A stretch of 61,254 nt of DNA, filler included, from Sphacelaria rigidula (Eukaryota), in NCBI GenBank assembly GCA_964200075.2. It is 8 parts of 8 records of this genome, joined end to end, with 100 filler letters (N's around TTAATTAATTAA, not from the genome) between each part and the next. Parts side by side here need not be neighbours in the genome. Positions count along the whole stretch, not along the records: positions 1 to 7,570 come from CAXNAA020014295.1; positions 7,671 to 15,240 come from CAXNAA020014296.1; 6 more parts are not named here. The stretch is one strand, 5' to 3'. A program made the position numbers and the translations under genes. How positions within the stretch are numbered: position 1 is the first letter of the stretch; each line of letters opens with the position of its first letter. The notes beneath the pieces were generated by a model. It saw nothing but the letters and a program-made list of their open reading frames with translations, ran no database searches and had not been told where the DNA came from. Of this stretch, positions 1 to 13,197 are shown in pieces.

Positions 1-810
1 TGGTTTTATGGTATTACTTGCACTCAGTATACCGTTCCCGAGTTTTTCCGGAGCGTTTTTTGGGTCCCAGATCTATATACTGAAACGCAGCTGTTTACGC
101 TAACACAGGGTGGGCCGGAAAAACCCGGGAAGGAGTGTACATGCTACCATGTGGTCATTTTCACCAAGCCCTAAAAGCAGGTGGGCTGTGGAAAGACAAA
201 ATAATCTACTGTCATGAGTTCTGCTTATCCCTCTGGCGATGACTTGCAGGGTGCAGTGAACAACTACGTAGTGGATGGGGATCAAGAAGCTGTACATAGG
301 CAGTTGATCACGGTAGCCGAAAACTGCCCAGAACGTGCAAGGGAGTATGCAGCGGCAGCTGCTGCTTCAGTCGGAGAAGGGTACTACACTGTACTGTATA
401 CTAAACTGTTGTATGTATGCGCGCCGCAACGCTGATACCCTTTGAAGAGAACTTGCCGCATGCAACAAGGGGGGAAATGGCGGTCCACACCGACAACAAA
501 GGGCTGTGTGGCAAGGTGGTGGGGACAATAGTATCATCCAAAGCTACAAGTGGCGGGCGGCCCGCCGGTCGCCGCATTCTGTTGGAAGCTAGCTCTTTAC
601 CACGACTCATACTGCTTGCTACATCAGATGTACACCACCTAATGCGCACCCTGCACCTGAAAATAGTTCGAATGAAACTTTCGGTCTTCGTCATACCCAT
701 GCGGTTACATACGCGGATTTTCAGCAATACGCCACTGTTTTGTGCAGACGCCAGACACGTCACTCCTGACCAGCCTACTTGGTCGTTCTGGAGGCCCGGT
801 CCCTAAAGGG
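1..810 (+). mobile_element. Degenerate piggyBac-like transposon, 3' part and right end
   Basis: Ends ...CCGGTCCCTAAAGGG (810) followed by TTAA (811-814), the canonical piggyBac AGGG|TTAA terminus. A broken Cys-rich frame at ~448-641 (RTCRMQQGGKWRSTPTTKGCVA..*..FCWKLALYH) resembles the piggyBac C-terminal domain. Truncated by the contig start. Confidence 0.55.
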
Positions 811-1350
811 TTAATGGCGATAGTCATAAACCAGTTTTCAGGTAAATGGCGTGAACTCACGAAAAAAATTCCGCCCTGTTTTTTTTTTTAATAGCCATAT
901 TCATTCTCCGTACTAAATTTGAGATTCCAACTCTCAAATTTGAGCCCAGACGGGGCGTTTTAAAAATCGGACCGGGAGTCATTCGGAACAGTATTTTGCA
1001 CCCCATTTGTCGACCCAGGTTTGGTACTTGTGATATGATTTTTTTTGTGGGACCTCGCTAAGCCATAATAAACCAGAAAAAAGAAGGAATGCAAATTATA
1101 TTTTCTTCATTTGTTCAGGACGTTTTAGTTTAATGGAGACCATATTTTCACTATAACGCTCATACTTATCCCCCCCCCCAAAAATGATCATTCGCATGCT
1201 AGGTTTCACATCCCAAATCTAATTCTATAAAGCCAAAGATCGAGATGAGGTCCGAGGACTTTGTACATTTCCCCTTTAGACTCCCCACAGAAACGAACAA
1301 GTATCGAAAAGAATGAAAAATGCTGATTTTCTACATTTTATTAAGCAGTA

Positions 1351-2411
1351 CGAGCTGGGCCAGCGGTAAATCCCGCATTTGCATGTCATACCGTAACTCA
1401 TCAAGTTTACCAAATCAGCCCAAGTTGAGTATATCGGTGTGATCTGCAGACCAACCTGGTAACGCACGGCACCGCCGCTGAACAAAAAAATAAGAAGGAA
1501 GAAGAGTACTGCGTAATGCATGACCTTACCCACAGAACGAAAAAAAGGAATCTGTCGACAGTGGAACTCGTGACCTCCATAACTGGAGTCTTCTGTATCA
1601 CTTGGATTGAAGGGGGTGTAAGCGATGTTACACAAAAAGTGTTCTCCTGCGTCCAATTTGGGGTATTTTTGGCGGAAATTGTACCAGGATTTCCTGCACA
1701 AAAGTACGCACAACAATCCGAGAGATGCCGGCGTTTTTTTTTTTGACAAAGTTATACTCGTGGCATTTTTCCAGTTTTTAGCAGAAACTTCAAATCCCTC
1801 TAGCTCTCTGTTTGTTTTTTCGTTGCATCTCCCAGGAGATTGTGCGTATTGATGGTGAAAATGTCGAGTCAAAATGTCTGCGCCCAACTTCTCGAAGTAC
1901 CCACAGCCGGGCCCGGAAACATGCAAAAATCACTGTCAGCTGGTCCAGCTCGTGGTGATTTTCGGCACGAAATTTCAAAGATATCTCCAAAACTGAGACG
2001 CGATGTCCAGATTTATTGCATTCCGGGCCGCTGATCGTAATATATTGATTTTAGTTTTGAAACTTATGTGCGCCATATGTTGAGATAAATAACGAATTAG
2101 GCGAAGGTGATGGTATCGATCGTTTCCCCGTGCTCAAGGCAATGCCCACGCCAAAAATCGTCACCATCCACTGTATATATCGTTCGGGGTTTCATATAGA
2201 CTTGAGTATAGACGCCATCTCCGTAGGATATGGAAATTACTATACATGAGGCTTCGTCAACGAGAAAAAAAATGCCCCAAACTCTTCAGCTGATGTGCAC
2301 CTTCCCCTTGATCGGACGATTAATACGATACGCGCATCACGGCCCAACTCGTCCGTTACGATGAGATATTGCTTTGAGAGCTTGGGTCCGCGTCCAGGCT
2401 GGCCCAGCTCG
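1351..2411. mobile_element. Tc1/mariner-type MITE with TA target duplication
   Basis: TA|CGAGCTGGGCCAGC ... GCTGGCCCAGCTCG|TA: a 14-bp perfect TIR with TA at 1349-1350 and 2412-2413. No credible ORF. A related end occurs at 21923-22100. Confidence 0.75.
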
Positions 2412-2484
2412 TACGCGGAACCCTTTTTTGCGAGGTCGTCTCAACTCGTGGTGAAGAGGAAATTTGTCGAAATTCCGTGAATGT

Positions 2485-2730
2485 GAGAGAACCCTTATCT
2501 CAACCCTATTCCTAACCCCAACCCCAACTTAGGCATATGAGGAGCCTTGGGCAAGTGGGCTGAAAAGTGTTCCCCGGACAATGTGTGGCCTTGGGAGAGC
2601 TCGAATTCGCACCTACGGCGCCAATTGAGACGAGGAACGTTCTGCGCACGCCAGAGGCGCACGTGACTCTCAGCCCCACTGAAGATATGAATTTCAGCGC
2701 TCGCAGTCGAATCAAGGATTTTTTTTCGCG
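2485..2730. repeat. Dispersed repeat beginning with degenerate (TAACCC)-like hexamers
   Basis: A diverged second copy at ~5015-5240 shares TTCTGCGCACGC, TGAAGAT and AATCAAG in the same order. Confidence 0.55.
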
Positions 2731-4239
2731 AAATTTCCATTTTCCCAAGTGGTAATATCTACTGTCTTCGCCTGGGTCTCACCAATAGCCAGGAGCCCGT
2801 TTTGCTTTCTGGTCGTGAAATTGGAATCAACAACGAACTGGGACAAAAGCACGCAGTCGGTGTGGCTCACCTCCCACATCGCTCACAGTACTTTTGTGCA
2901 GTCATACACTACACTTCTACGTATGTAGGGCGTAGTTCCACGGTTGTCGTGGCCACGTGATGGATATTTTCGAGTTCAAGGCATCAGTTTTAAAAAAATG
3001 GCAAGTGACCCATATATTATAAGTATATCTTGAAAAAAAGTGGGCGATTTGAATTCGTTCAGGGGGGGTGGATGGTGGCACGCCGGGATGTCGATGATAT
3101 TTGATTTTTCAACAGTGCTTCAGGGATACACTGTTTCACATACAAACACTAAAGATAAGAACAAGAGCTTCCGACCCTCGACTTTCAACACAGCATATTA
3201 TTTGCTTTTTCAGGTTGTTACGCACGATCAGCGAAGTAACCCAACATATGAGTGCATCTTTGGAATGTGTAAACTATACTGTCTTCATTTATGATCACCT
3301 TTTCCACACCACATGGGGATAAAATAGTCTCATCGCCTCCTCAAACACATGGAGGCTGTTATCTCCTGTTTAGGCCTGTTACGCGGGGATCTACATACGA
3401 ATGATGATGCCGAACACGCGGAAGGCATGGCCAGAGCGCACTCATCCTCCGCTGCTGGTGTATGACGACCCTCCGTTCCCTCTTTCCTGGGGACGAAGTA
3501 ATCGTATCATTTCCCCAAACATCCTCCAGGAGGTATTATGCTACTTATCAGTCATTTGCTTCCGGGCCACAATGGACCTCAACACGTCACAGGTGCCGCT
3601 ACGACGCCTACACCCTACCGCATAAAGTGACGCCCCCTGTTAATCTCACGGGGATCACATACATCCAGGGGACGAAACCGTTCTCTCCCCTCCCCAAACA
3701 CATGATTGACGATAGTGCTCAACACGTGGAAGCCATCGTTAGAACGTACACAACCTCAATTAGTCCCCACCTCCCCACCCCCGGGGGTTAAAAGTCAAAA
3801 TATCCCTTCCGGGACATCCTCATGATAATTTTCTCACATTAGCCCGATCTCTCTAACCCGTGGTCATGGACGTGAGCTTGCCTTCCCAGTACCGCCACCA
3901 CTATTCCTGATAGAAGAGAAAAGCGCTCTTGGAAAACGAAGAAAAATAATGCAGAACACGATAATAAGAGAGAGGGAAGTCGGGGAAACAGACGAGAAAA
4001 AGCCCCCCCTTCCACCCCACCCCCTCCCCCCCGCGCCCGCCCTCCCGACCTGATGGGGGTGCGGTTCAACAAACAAATCAGATCTGCCCCTACAGAAAAG
4101 CACCTATAGGGTATACCAAGCGAGAGTCAAACATCCCCAGGCGCCCACGGAGAAAAAGAGAAGGAGAAGAAGGAAGACGCCAAAACTGCAGACGCATGGG
4201 CGAGTATACTACTTGTCGGGCTACTCGTTACGTTTCGGC

Positions 4240-5960
4240 GACTTTTCATACAGTGCACACTGAGAAAATGCTATTGGTAGCACAGCTCAAGTCTCCTTCG
4301 AATCTCGCGCGTTAGTTGAAATCTGTCATGCACTACTTCACCCCTTCCTTGACAACCCGGTACCACCCAGAAGCATGTTGGGCGGCCTGCATCCATGTGC
4401 ATCTATTCCGAACGAAGGTGGCGCAGTAGTCAGCGACACGGTGTTGAAAGCGTTTCACGGGTTAGGCTGGCTTCGTTTTCTCTCCGACCATTCCTCCACG
4501 CATGATGATGTTCGAGAGGCGCTCGTCCGGCATGCGCGCGACGCGACCAGTGTCTAGGAGGATTTGCCTTATGACGTATAGTTTCGATACGATCGTAACC
4601 AGCCATCTCGATGACCTAGCCGTATGACAGTAGTCAACACGCGGCAAGTGGGGGGCGCTGCGAGTTGATGTGTACTCGTCGAGGCACTTGAGCAGGAAAT
4701 CGTGGTGGGCTTGCCACAGCTGGTCGAAATCATCGGGTGCGAGCGTCCGGGTCACAAAGCCGTACAGCATGACCTCCGTCACTTTGCCTTCAGGAAACGG
4801 CCCTTTTCGGCCAGGGCTGTGTACGGGTTGTCGTTTACCGCTCTGCTGTACTTCCCGAAGCACCTCGAGGCCTGGCCAATGCGGTAACTGACCTCAGGGA
4901 TGATACCGCCGATGTTGTTGATTTTACAGCCGAGATGACGGGAGATGTGTCCCACCACCTAGTCGTTAAAGAAATTTCTGGGAAACATCTTTTTTCAACT
5001 ATTTTTTTTTTTAGAATAACGCTAACCCTAACTCTAATCCTCACCGAAGGTATATACCGAAAACCCTCGGGCGAGGGGGGTTCGAAGCGTTCCATAGGCA
5101 AAGTGTGGCGTTGGAAGACGTCAAAACGACGCCGCAGTCGCCGATTTTGACGAAAATGCGTTCTGCGCACGCAAGGGACAGTTGGGGCAGTCAGCCATGC
5201 TGAAGATCCGAATATAGGCGTTCACACTCAAATCAAGTAGTAAAATTCCGGGAAGTTCAATCGATCAAGTGGTGAGCACCACTGGATGAAGCACTCAACT
5301 TCCTTTTACTTTTGACCTGCCGTTTATACCTCGACCACAGCCGCCGTCATTTTCGGAGGGTGCATTATGTGCATAGTTTCCTTCTCCTGTTTCGTCACGA
5401 CGAGACCGAACGCCGCACAGACTTCGACGATGGCCGTCATCACCTCTAGCAGGCGTCGTTGAGATCTTGACGCGATACCAGAGTCGGCGGTGTACAGCAT
5501 GGCCCAGAGCATCCCGCTACGCCCCTCCCTGGTCTTCCCGCCCCTGGCAACGATGCGGCGTCCTTCGTCCAGCGGTGTCCGATGTTCGGCCCTCTCTAAG
5601 TGTACGCGGCCGAGCTTTCGCCGCTTGTTGGTACGCGAAAAAATATCTTGGTAATGGCCATTTTATTTTCTGCAGCGCACGTCATGAGTCGTTTGCCGTT
5701 GACAGTGAGAATCCCTGCCACTGTCTCCCAAGGTCCGGTCTCCTCCCAGGTCTCCCTCATCTTCTCTCGTTCCGGTGCGAGCGTTGGCATCCATCAGGGG
5801 TATCTGGTGGTCGCTGGTAGGCACCTCAGACACGGAACTACCATGTGATTTACAGAATATGTTCTTTTCAGAGATAGCTGCTGTTTCAGTGGAAGCATAC
5901 CTCGGAATGAAGGTCGTAGCAACTCTCGTGTCTGAAATCTTATCCGCACCTGCAGCATCC
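4240..5960 (-). mobile_element. Degenerate non-LTR retrotransposon (RTE-like LINE), internally deleted
   Basis: Minus-strand fragments in order: AP-endonuclease (RYASTETAAISEKNIF..DHQIPLMDANARTG; NGKRLM..AAENKMAITKIFF), RT (MLYTADSGIASRS..EVCAAFGLVV, a decayed YADD) and C-terminus (VTEVMLYG..GRVARMPDERLSNIIMRG). Stops and frameshifts are present, plus a ~320-bp insertion at about 4962-5281. Confidence 0.8.
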
Positions 5961-7494
5961 TGGAAGTGATGTGCTCAGGGACGATGTCTTCTGGGCCCAG
6001 GCATTCAGGCCTCGCGTGCGCCTCGCGGCCGTTGCCTCCCACGATGCTTGTTGGTGTTTTCGTCGTTGGTGTGTGGTGTATGCGCCTGTGAAAGGTAAGT
6101 AGGTGCCGGAAGCGAAAGGCGGAAGGGGTCGGCTTTGTTCGCTTGTTCGTTCACAAAATTATCACTGTATGAAGTGAAAAAAAAAAAATGCGGGTAGATT
6201 TCATACTTGGGTCGAGAAAATTGCACCGTCGGGAACCCAAGCTGCTCGAAGCCCAATGTTTCCAAACGTGCTGGTGTCAGGAAGGGTGGTGAGTGCTACA
6301 CGCTTCCTGAGACAACATTCTCCTAATTTCAGCACTCGTCACGCATACATACATGATGGATGCGGTTCTCACGCGGTGTCTATTGCCTTGCGAGCACACC
6401 GTATGTGCGTGTGCGTGTGCATGTCTACTGCAATCGAGATTCCTTAGTATCCAATGACACGACGTTATCTGCCCGTGTTCCCCTGATTCCGGGCATTGGC
6501 TGCGGCGGTCGTCGACACTTCTTTTTTACGTGATCGCGTGGGCACTTGTAGGATTCAGATCTGAAACTAAGCTAAAACGCCTTACCAAGACTCCACATAT
6601 CTCAGCCTTTTTGTTTTTTGTTGCCGTCAAAAGTTCTCAACAAAGAAATTGATCTTATATTTTGGCCCACAAAAGTTGACGAAATATGTTTTTTTTTGTC
6701 TTGTGTGAGTTTTTTTTTGCCGTAAGAAGCTGTCTTGAATTTCGAAAAAGATCGCGTGAGATTTTGGTCGCTATCCGCTTGACTGCTCACCTTCTGCCGA
6801 TGTAACTCTTTGACCACCCACCGCAATCACCACCCGAATAACGCGCATCATGAACAGGACTTTATTTTCAGACTTTTTGAACTTTGTCGGAGATATTGGA
6901 TTTGTTCTCGACTTTTGCATGAAAAAATCCCGAAAGACAGATTCGATGTTGGATCTTCGGAGCAAGCTGTAGTCGGTCTTGAATTGATGTACTGCCTGAC
7001 CTGGTGACGAAACCTGCTACAATATCTAATTTATCGGGAAAAGTACGAGCCGGGTCGGCCAAGGATCGGATCCGTAGATTGCCCACCCATTTTCATCTCA
7101 ATTTTGAGAGTTGCGTTTTCAGATTTTGTATGGAGAATGAGTGGGGCATAATAAACGAGAGTAATTTTGGATCATGAAGATTTTTTCTTGTCTTCCATGA
7201 GGTTCGGCAGAAAGCAAGATCCAGTTTTCACTGAAACATCCCCGAGATACGAGACAAAAACTCCATGCCCGTCCCAATTTTTTTCTTGTATGATGCCCTT
7301 TCGATTCCTCCATACCAAATTCGAAAGTCCAAGTCTTGAATTTGGGGCGGGAATGCGCGATTCACAGCCGAGGCTGCCCGAAATCCGGAACAGTATTTTG
7401 CAGGCCGTTTCCCCACCCAGTTGTGGTTTTTGTGCTTCGAAACTCTGTGTAGAGGATAGCGAGAGCATGGTGGAATACAAAAATAGACACCAAG

Positions 7495-7528
<34 letters not shown>

Positions 7529-7570
7529 AGGGGCTGGATTTAGAGGGAGAGAAGGCAAAATATTCGGAAG

Positions 7571-7670
7571 NNNNNNNNNNNNNNNNNNNNNNNNNNNNNN
7601 NNNNNNNNNNNNNNTTAATTAATTAANNNNNNNNNNNNNNNNNNNNNNNNNNNNNNNNNNNNNNNNNNNN
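7571..7670. other. Artificial contig spacer N44-TTAATTAATTAA-N44 (1 of 7)
   Basis: The identical 100-bp spacer also lies at 15241-15340, 22911-23010, 30580-30679, 38249-38348, 45918-46017 and 53587-53686. Confidence 0.99.
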
Positions 7671-7798
7671 CCCCCCCCCCCCCCCCTAACAAAAGGGATG
7701 GATGGTCAACGGCCAAACCACTAAGGAAACCAAAAAAAAAGTCCCCCCCCCCCCCCCCTCCCACTTACCCCCATTTCTTCTATCGTGGAACGGTCCAG

Positions 7799-10700
7799 GT
7801 TAAGTTTGGAGTTGGTCGAAGCCGCTGAGCGCGTGCAGAGAGCTGAAAAGGGCCGGATCAGTGCGGAGAAGGTGAGCGCTTCCAAGAAAAAACAATGATA
7901 GTACTATTCGGTTGTCGTGCGAAATCACACAGACAGAATAACCGTGCAACCTGCAAGTATTGCCTATCCGGCTATACCGAGACTCTGGCTCATCCAGAAG
8001 GCACAAGCTCTACGTGCGCTCCAGTGGTGATCATGTATCAAACCAGATTAGTCCATGCACTTGCTGTATTTGTTTGTCTTGGTTGATGCAGAACTTCGCA
8101 AACTGATCCCTCTTTGGCGTAGTCTTGCCGGCCCTACCGGTGTCCATGTTATGCTGAGATTCCACAAAATTGCTGAGCTCGGTGAGCGCAGGCAGCCCAC
8201 GATTGCCCGTCCGTTTTACGGAAGATATGGCTTCCCTAGCGGGTGAATCTCACATGCGCACCCCAGTGACTATATACTATCCCAGCATAGCCTGTACGCT
8301 TGCTGCTATTGTCCGTCTTCACTAGTGTTCAATTGCCACAGACCGTGTTCTGTGTGGTGTAGGTGTTGCGCTTCTAGTTGTGTTGACGTTATTTCGAGAC
8401 GGCACATCCACCTGAGGTAAAGTCACTCGGAGCTTGCTAACTGTGTTGCTCAGTGAGAACTGTGACCTTTTTATCATGTTCTCGTTGGTGGCATCATGTA
8501 GCTAAATTGGATCAGTGTGTGTGTGTTGTAGAAGGATCTGTTTTCACCCCTCCCCCCTCTTCCCTGTGCTCCGTCTCGAAAGGGATGCGTGGTCAATGGT
8601 CAAACGACTAAGGCAAGCAACAAATGAGTACGCGCACCCCCCCACCCCACCACCACCCCCCACCCGCATCCCCCCCCGCCCTCNNNNNNNNNNCCCGGCT
8701 CCCCCCCGCCGGGGAGAGGGGGGGTAAAGCACAAAACGACCAAGCCCGACAAAGAAAAAAACGCCCCCCCCCCCCCCCCCCCCCCTCTCCCCTGCCCCCT
8801 CCCCACGCGCCGTGTTTTCGCTACGTTGCCCGGCGTCCTTGTAAGGAGAGGGATGCACTGGTTCGTGGCATGGAAGAAGAACTCGACGAGTTGGAGAAAT
8901 CGCATACCGCCCAGCTAAGAGCCGCAAATCGTGAGGTCTGTGCTGTGTTTGTGCTCTGTCGTGTTGTCTCTGTACCATAAAAGGAAGACAGAAACAACCG
9001 CTGAGAGGGCAACAAGCAAGCCGTGACGGCCCCCAAACACTCGAGCGAGCTTCAGCAATTTTTCCTCGAAAAGGACACGTTCGCCCGGCTCACGGGTCAT
9101 ATAGTTCATCACATGGGTTGGTTGCTTATTTGACCGATTGTCGGGCATTCTATCTGACCTGCTACGAATGTAGCCGTGGGTGATGGCACATTAGACGCTT
9201 TCTGGAGAGACTCGAGAAGCAGGAAAGATGAAGAAGATGGAGACAACTTAATCCTTCACCTTTTTTTTCTGTTCCTCCTTCAGTATATGGAGGGAACGTG
9301 AGGGGGTAGGGTAGATTCAGACACGAAACGCAGCTAGCTGATCTGTCTTCTGCTCACCGTTAGAGATGAGGGTACCAGTACCCAACATTTTGATCTTGAC
9401 GCAGCATGTATACTAAGTTATGGCCCATAAAAACCAACGGTGTTGGGCAGGCCCAACGATGGCGGGTGTTGTACGACCGCACCCGGAATGCAGCTGCAAG
9501 TGTCGCCGCAAAAGTATCGTCGGAAAGATCCAATCTTCTAGCCTTGGCATCCTGGATCAAACAACGCATAGCGGAGATGCCTGATGTTGCCGTCGTGGCG
9601 TTCAGCGCCTTGCAGGTACGAACGAATACCGCACAAGATAGATATAATCCAGGAGAGTACCCTGCCACTTCCTCGGGTGCGTCGGCCCTGTCGTGTACCC
9701 TTTCCGAGTGAAGGTTTTCCCGTTACATTAGCTGTAGTTCGCATCTCTCGATGTAGTTGATCCGAGTGAGGGGCTGTCGTCTTTTCTGGCGTATGTTCTG
9801 TTTTGCGAGAGTCGTCGGCTCTTGTCGTGTAACGGTTTCGAGAATGTTCTCTTTAACTTCGTCGTGTGCGTTCTATGCGTGGTTTCCTCCCGCGATGTAC
9901 CGACATATAGGCGAGCTCCCTCTGCCGTTTACATTGTCCAAGCGAGACTATCGCCTCATCAGTCGCAAAGGTTATTTTTTTACGTAGATTATCCCTAGTA
10001 TGTCCAATACAGTACCTCTTCCTCGTCACTTCTCCGTTTCTGTTGTTTTTTCTGAGGGAGCTCACTGTGGTTTGCATATTTTCTGAGGAAATGTTCTCGG
10101 CTAACGACTTACGTGTTGACGAGCCCTGTATTGTGCGTCCTTTTCTGTGCTAGTAGACACTTTCTACGATACCCCCGCCCCAAAACCGGCCCAAAAGTGT
10201 CCCGAAAAAAATCGTCATACACCGCCTGGTGTTCGTGTTCAGGCTGTGCATGAAGCGCCTCATAGGGGCGACATTGGCGAGAACGAACCCAAGCTTGGGA
10301 TTTCCAGCTGTTTGTTGTGCTCGGCCTTTTCTATTTTGATTTACGTCAAGATTTTGCCTCCCCAAACCGTGCACGTTTCGGGTGGGGGGTTATCGTAGAA
10401 AGCATCACTAGTTCTCTACAAACGTCGTGTACCTTTTTTGAGTGGCATTCTTGTGTCCTGTGCGTACATTTTCGTTCCTGTCCATCGTCCGTTCTAGTCT
10501 CGGCTGCTTGTAGTGGAGCAAGATATGGCTTCGACGCGCAGACAATACAACCGAGAGTATCGGGAGAGGAGGCGTCTGTTCAACATTGTTCAGGTGAGAA
10601 GGAGAAAAAGGAAAGGGAAGATATGTGATCACGCTGACACGACCCTCGCTTTACGGTAAGGATCAGGTTTTGGAAGAAGGGATGGATTGGGATATAGTAA

Positions 10701-13197
10701 TATGTCTGCGATCAGCAGAAGCGTCTGCACACGTGAACCGTTCAAATGCCCACGGAGTGATGACCCGAGCCTGACGGGACATCGAGAAAACGGGAGCGAG
10801 TTTTGACTCAAATCTGAGAGTCATCCCGGAAACGAAGAACGCGCCTGACCTGCACCCTATCAGCCATTTGTAACTTTGCTGGCGACTATGACTCAAGTCC
10901 CGCCAGCCATCGTTTTAGATAAAAACTCGTGGGATTACGTACTATGGGTCACTCAGAGACCACGAGCTCCATTTATACGAGTTAGACTGAGACTTGTAGA
11001 ATGCCTCCATACCGTACACTAAACTCCTCAAAAAGATGCACTCCGGAGAGCTTCCTTGAACTGGGAAAGGGGGGTTTAGGATATTACATGATTGCCATGG
11101 GAAGAAATGATTGCCCAGGAAACATTTTGAGCTGTAAACGCAAGGCCGATAGGATGACGACGATACTCTGAGGTTTATTGGGAATGTACAAGCCACAGGC
11201 TTTAAATTTTGCTACACCCTTTCGTATTTCAAATAACTTTCTGGCATCATTTCCTCGATAACACGTTGGGCGCAAGTGATGCTCGCCGAAACTGTTCGCC
11301 GCGTGATTTTATACCCCAAGGGCGGCACGAAAGGAGAGTCGCAGAACCTGCTGCACACGATGTAGGTTTGTACGCACGGCACGTCAAAAGCAGCTCAAAC
11401 GTAACTTATTGTGAGAGGTGACCTGTTGCACCCGACTGAAAAAATGTCTCCCTTTCCTCCACTTGTGAAAGCCACATGTGAGTGATGGATTAATTGATTG
11501 GTTGTCGCACCTTAACTGGTCCCCAGGGGGTTAAAACGTAGTCATTATCCAAATGATGGACGTACCCGAAACAAACCTAAGCTGATACACTCGCCGTACC
11601 TGTGTTGAAATATCCTTCCCAATAATATATTCGGCATCGCTGCATAGTGCCAACTGACTCCTCCATCCACTTACCGTAAATCTCACTACAGAAACAAGAT
11701 TTCCAGGCGTTTAACCTGACATAGAGACGTAACTTACCCGATATTGCTAGCCCCCCTTGCCCACCTTCTTCTCCCCTTCCGCTGACACCGCGGGACGACA
11801 GGAGTTGCGAGGAAATATTCGCGTATTTTGCAGGTGCAGGCTGCCGACCACCGCCGAGCGTGGGAGTGGTGTGTCGAGTAGTGTGTGTGTATCCTTTCCG
11901 GGGGAAGGCTTGGTGGAGGTTGCTAACGATCGCCACAGAAGAAAATCCTGGACATTCGATCAGGTATGAGCGGTAATTCAACAGTTCACACTTTCAGCCC
12001 CTGAAGATGGATCAAAATGGGGGTCGTTTTGGCCGTGTGGACATGTTCATGCCGGTTGTAACACACGGATGCACCCGAACGCTTTTTAGGCTTCTGCTGA
12101 TGGACCAAAATGGGAGTGGTTTTTGGCAAGTGGACGTGATCATGCCGGCTGAACACGTTGACCCACCTAAGCGCTTCTTCAGAGCTCAGCCCTTCGGTAA
12201 TGAAGATTTTGGGATCTGTTTGATTACAAAAAGGGTCATTTGTCAAATTGCTCGAAGGCAAGAGGAACGTTCGCATTGGCATTTCTCTATATATAGAGAG
12301 AGGGGGACTCAGAATGACTAGTTCCCAAAGGGTTGGTGAAAAAAGTGATATGTCATTCAGCTCCACCCCGTTGGAGACGGCCATAGAGACAAGAATAAAT
12401 GTCAGAAAGTGTCACAGTGTGTGCCCGGCTGTACTTGAGAGTCTGAGACACGTAATGGTATATACATTTGCTTCCGTTCATCGTCGTACTCCCCCCCCCT
12501 CCTCCCTCCTCCACCATCTTCCTCGGGAAAAGCACGTGGTCTTCACGAATAAGCCCATATCTCTCTCGGCACCTGCCTGACAATTTGACACCAGGCTTAG
12601 ACCAGTCGGCATGGCATCGGTGCTTTTGGGTCCGGAATGATGACCTCGCCAAATATGAAAAGAGAACGTGTACATATAGTATATTCTACAGCACCACAGA
12701 GCGACGTAATCTTGCATTTACTTGTGTTACTTTCTGCAACTATATTGCGCACATTCCTTCTCGTGTCGATCGAAACAGCGGCACTAGTTCATGCTTTCAC
12801 AACATACATCAATTATTTAATGACGCTCCAATACTTCGGTATGTTAAGGTGGTAGGGGATTGGAGGGAAGGATGATGCACTGCAGAGGGTGGATGCAAAG
12901 ATAATCTCTCATCAAAGCAAACCCGATGCATGCGGATCAAACGCGATCTTGGAGAGAAGTGCGGGGGTTATCATCGTCGTTGATGTATCTATGGATAGGA
13001 GGATTACCTGCAGTAGCAACAGCGGGGTGAGAAACGAAGGCCAGCCACTACATATCGTTTTCGCGATTTCTCTCAACGGATTATGCGTTCAGGTGTTTGG
13101 GATGGAGGCTACCCAAGAGAACGTGTACGGCGAAGTTGCCCCGCTGGTCGTAAGCGTCATGGACGGCTACAACGCCTGTATATTTGCCTACGGCCAG
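7799..13197 (+). CDS. Kinesin-14 (C-terminal motor, KIFC-like), partial: coiled coil, neck and start of the motor domain
   Basis: Six phase-compatible AG/GT exons: 7799-7871 (LSLELVEAAERVQRAEKGRISAEK), 8846-8935 (ERDALVRGMEEELDELEKSH..), 9451-9615 (AQRWRVLYDR..SALQ), 10498-10593 (..REYRERRRLFNIVQ), 11802-11963 (ELRGNIRVFCRCR..WTFDQ) and 13093-13197 (VFGMEATQENVY..MDGYNACIFAYGQ). ELRGNIRV is the kinesin-14 neck and IFAYGQ leads into the P-loop. Both gene ends lie outside the contig. Confidence 0.92.
8567..8633 (+). repeat. 67-bp dispersed element TGCTCCGTCTCGAAAGGG...CAAATGAGTACGC followed by a C-rich tract
   Basis: Near-identical copies at 31233-31299 (+), 52761-52827 (+) and 49261-49323 (-); partial copy at 38447-38486 (-); degenerate copy at ~7692-7740 (+). 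Confidence 0.9.
10170..10330. repeat. Dispersed repeat, intronic in the kinesin gene
   Basis: Shares TGCATGAAGCGCCTCATA.GGGCGACA and flanking sequence with ~51980-52140. Confidence 0.55.
11516..11534 (+). mobile_element. piggyBac-like right terminus inside a kinesin intron
   Basis: CTGGTCCCCAGGGGG|TTAA matches the terminus at 796-814 in 11 of 15 positions. No left end identified. Confidence 0.4.
12006..12160. repeat. Diverged two-unit direct repeat, period ~92 bp, intronic
   Basis: GATGGA(T/C)CAAAATGGG..TTTTGGC..GTGGAC.TG.TCATGCCGG.TG occurs at ~12006 and ~12099. Confidence 0.65.

Noticed and set aside
1276-1926. 216-aa ORF, and similarly 19429-20106 (225 aa) and 47889-48530 (213 aa)
   Set aside because: They lie largely in MITEs or dispersed repeats and show no recognisable domain; chance ORFs.
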